Shown here piece by piece: positions 61,820 to 64,000 of a stretch of DNA of 64,000 nucleotides (its first letter is position 1; every line of letters starts with the position of its first letter). The notes under the pieces are model-generated. The model was not told the origin of the DNA. It saw nothing but the letters and a program-made list of their open reading frames with translations, and did not search any database. The translations under genes and the position numbers were made by a program. Origin of the DNA: a plasmid; the sequence record NZ_CP064116.1, one strand, 5' to 3'.

Positions 61820-62250
61820 GGAATTGACTATAGTATGCAGATTATTGACTGCGGTATGAAGCTGAATAGGAATAGGGAAGAGTAATGACATGCATTTTTC
61901 TGCATATCACAGTCAAGACTATTGCCTTTCCTGGTGTTGTATTACTGGGTTGTTGTACCAAGATTCACATTGTGTCATGTCAGTGGTCCATATGTATTGG
62001 ATGCTGGCTGTTATTCCATATTTCGATCCAGTAATTGATCCTTAAGGAGATCATGTTGAGATCAAAAAGAGATCCCCGGATCGTTTAGCGCCCCGCTACG
62101 CCTGAGCCTGGAGACTATCTTCATTAACTGTGGTGTGTGGTATGTTGACTGTTGTGTGCGAGATCAACTATTGCGGTATGCAATTGTATTAACTGGGGTA
62201 TGTATTTCCGTTGACTGTGATATGCGTATATACTTTCGTTTGTGGATAAC
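61820..62250. repeat. Iteron array upstream of RepFIB repA
   Basis: Repeated ~19-21-bp motifs (a)ttgactg(c/t)(g/t)gt(a/g)tg…, e.g. attgactgcggtatgaagctg, ttgactgttgtgtgcg, ttgactgtgatatgcgta. Confidence 0.6.
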
Positions 62251-62264
62251 CGCGGGTTAATAAA

Positions 62265-63275
62265 ATGGCTATGGAAAATAATGAGTTACCCCTGAATCTT
62301 CAGGAGGTCAATAAGACAACGGGTGAAGTTGTTAAGCTGGATGTCAACAGCGCCAGTACTGTTCAGCCTGTTGCGCTCATGAGGCTTGGTCTGTTCGTTC
62401 CTACCCTCAAATCGACCTCTAGGAGTAAGACGAACCGCAAAAACGTCACGGATGCGACTGAGGAGCTCGTACAGCTGTCCATTGCCCGGAGTGAAGGGTA
62501 TACCGATGTCAGGATCACCGGATCGCGCCTCGATATGGATACGGACTTCAAAGTCTGGCTTGGAATCATCCGTTCAATGTATGATTTTGGCGTTAAGGAT
62601 GACACGCTCAAGCTGTCTTTTGTTGAGTTTGTTAAAATGTGTGGCTTTGACTCCCGGCGCTCTAACAAGAAAATGCGTGACAGGATAAGCAACTCCCTGT
62701 TCAAGCTGGCATCCGTAACCCTCAAGTTTCAGAGTGAAACGAAAGGGTGGACTACGCACCTGGTTCAGTCTGCCTATTACGACATCACTGCCGATGTCGT
62801 GGAGATCAGGGCAGAGCCCAAGCTCTTTGAGCTTTATCAGATGGACAGGCGGGTCCTGTTGCGTCTGAAAGCCATTGATGCCCTGCAGCGCAAGGAGTCC
62901 GCACAGGCACTCTATACCTACATTGAAAGTCTGCCACAGAATCCGGCCCCCATCTCCATGAAGCGTATGCGAGACAGACTCAACCTGACGTCTAACCTCT
63001 ACACGCAGAACCACACGGTGCGCAAAGCCATGGCGCAGCTGAAGGATATCGGCTATCTGGATTACACCGAATTCAAACGCGGCCGGGCCACCTACTTCAG
63101 CGTGCATTACCGTAATCCGAAACTCATCAGTAGCAAGGTCGTTGTTCCCCGTGAGCCGGAAGAGGAAGTACCTGAGCAGAACTATGACGAAGTTATTAAA
63201 GCCCTGAAGGCTGCAGGTATTGATCCTCAGAAACTAGCAAAAGCGCTCGCCAGCGTGAAACCGGGAAATGACTGA
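62265..63275 (+). CDS. repA: RepFIB-type replication initiator RepA
   Basis: 336 aa (…VQPVALMRLGLFVPTLKS…THLVQSAYYD…LFELYQMDRRVLLRLKAIDALQRKESAQALYTYIESLPQNPAPIS…IGYLDYTE…), flanked by iterons. Confidence 0.85.
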   Translation: MAMENNELPLNLQEVNKTTGEVVKLDVNSASTVQPVALMRLGLFVPTLKSTSRSKTNRKNVTDATEELVQLSIARSEGYTDVRITGSRLDMDTDFKVWLGIIRSMYDFGVKDDTLKLSFVEFVKMCGFDSRRSNKKMRDRISNSLFKLASVTLKFQSETKGWTTHLVQSAYYDITADVVEIRAEPKLFELYQMDRRVLLRLKAIDALQRKESAQALYTYIESLPQNPAPISMKRMRDRLNLTSNLYTQNHTVRKAMAQLKDIGYLDYTEFKRGRATYFSVHYRNPKLISSKVVVPREPEEEVPEQNYDEVIKALKAAGIDPQKLAKALASVKPGND

Positions 63276-63289
63276 GGAATGCCGTTTTA

Positions 63290-63480
63290 GAGTTTGTTGA
63301 CTGTGGTATGCAGAGCGCATACCACAGTCAATTTATACTGATTCATCATTCCGTTTAGGTTTTGCTTGCCTTGACTGCGATATGCGGATAGGCCTACCGG
63401 AGTATTGATATTGACTGCGGTGTGTGGAAGAGCGGGCAGTCTGCTCAACATCTTCACTGCGATATGTTTACTTTCATCAC
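63290..63480. repeat. Downstream iteron array of the RepFIB replicon
   Basis: ttgactgtggtatgcag, ttgactgcgatatgcgga, ttgactgcggtgtgtgg and cactgcgatatgtt, with the same core as the upstream array. Confidence 0.55.
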
Positions 63481-64000
63481 TTAGTCAATATTGTTCGTCA
63501 GGGCGGATGCCCTTAGCCCAGTACTTTCACAAAGGGTCTTAACCCACCGAGATCAAAGGATTCCGGGGGCAGCGTCCGGGATTCACTGATCCGCACTCCC
63601 GTGTTCCAGAAAGTAGAGAACAGCATTTAATGGTGAAGATCCGGCATATAGAAGAGTAGGGCTCTCACTTCGGGGACGAGTAGGTACGCCAGGGTGGCGC
63701 CGGTTAAAGTGGCCATCCTTCTGAGTGCGGCCGCGGTCGCAAAGTCGACCCCATGGGCTTTCGGCAACAGTGAAATGCGTTATGAAGAAAAGGGGGCAAT
63801 GCAGGGATGAACAGGATCGGAACGAAAAGGTAAGTAATGAAGAAGACGTAAAGTGCGTTACGTGAATTCCGGCCTGGTACAGCCTGGACCCCTGTCAGTT
63901 TTCACGTAACGCAAGATTAATTTATTATCGAATAAGTGGATGTCATTACAACTGTCTGTAAATTTTGACAAATTTAGTTATCTTTTTTTCAGCATGGCAA

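Overview
This 64-kb window looks like part of a large multireplicon (IncFII-type repA plus RepFIB repA with iterons) enterobacterial resistance plasmid of the Klebsiella pKPN3-like kind. It falls into three blocks.

- **1-13.8 kb, heavy-metal island.** 3' part of silA, an orf105-like gene, silP, a small His-rich protein, an M23 peptidase, a pcoE-like gene, then pcoABCDRS-pcoE. The first ~3.3 kb (silA, orf105, 5' silP) carries seven frameshifts, several of them at homopolymer runs. The rest of the window reads cleanly.
- **13.9-26.3 kb, backbone and accessory genes.**
  - A parDE TA pair, a hypothetical gene and traX.
  - Two tandem paralogous small membrane proteins convergent with a DUF4225-like gene.
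  - The IncFII-family repA, with GC-rich hairpins downstream.
  - A tacAT-like GNAT toxin-antitoxin pair.
  - A strongly AT-rich islet (21.2-24.9 kb) carrying an Abi_C-like protein, an AbiD/F-like HEPN (R-x4-H) protein and a 127-nt tRNA-like element that overlaps the HEPN gene's stop.
  - An orphan VasL/ImpA_N-family gene.
- **26.4-58.0 kb, a ~31.6-kb MDR region bounded and subdivided by four IS26 copies, none with 8-bp target duplications.**
  - IS26 | arsH / arsRBC | SulP-STAS transporter | tandem Usp | Tn2/Tn3 (tnpA, tnpR, blaTEM) with non-matching 5-bp flanks | IS91-like fragment | strB-strA-sul2 | integrase Arm fragment | IS5075/IS4321-like IS next to a truncated Tn21-family tnpA | IS26 (inverted).
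  - Mrr-like fragment | AlpA-like ORF | IS1 remnant | EcoRII M and R | IS6100 flanked by two 123-bp inverted IRt copies | mobC | dfrA14-type cassette | attI1 | intact intI1 | IS26.
  - Truncated frmB | frmA | tetA(D) | tetR(D) fused into IS26 | IS26.

Downstream of the last IS26 are a umuC C-terminal fragment, three ~88-bp palindrome-containing repeats (parS-like) below parB-parA, and RepFIB repA with iteron arrays on both sides.

The most novel-looking content is the AT-rich Abi/HEPN/tRNA-like islet and the DUF4225 gene with its paralogous small-protein pair.
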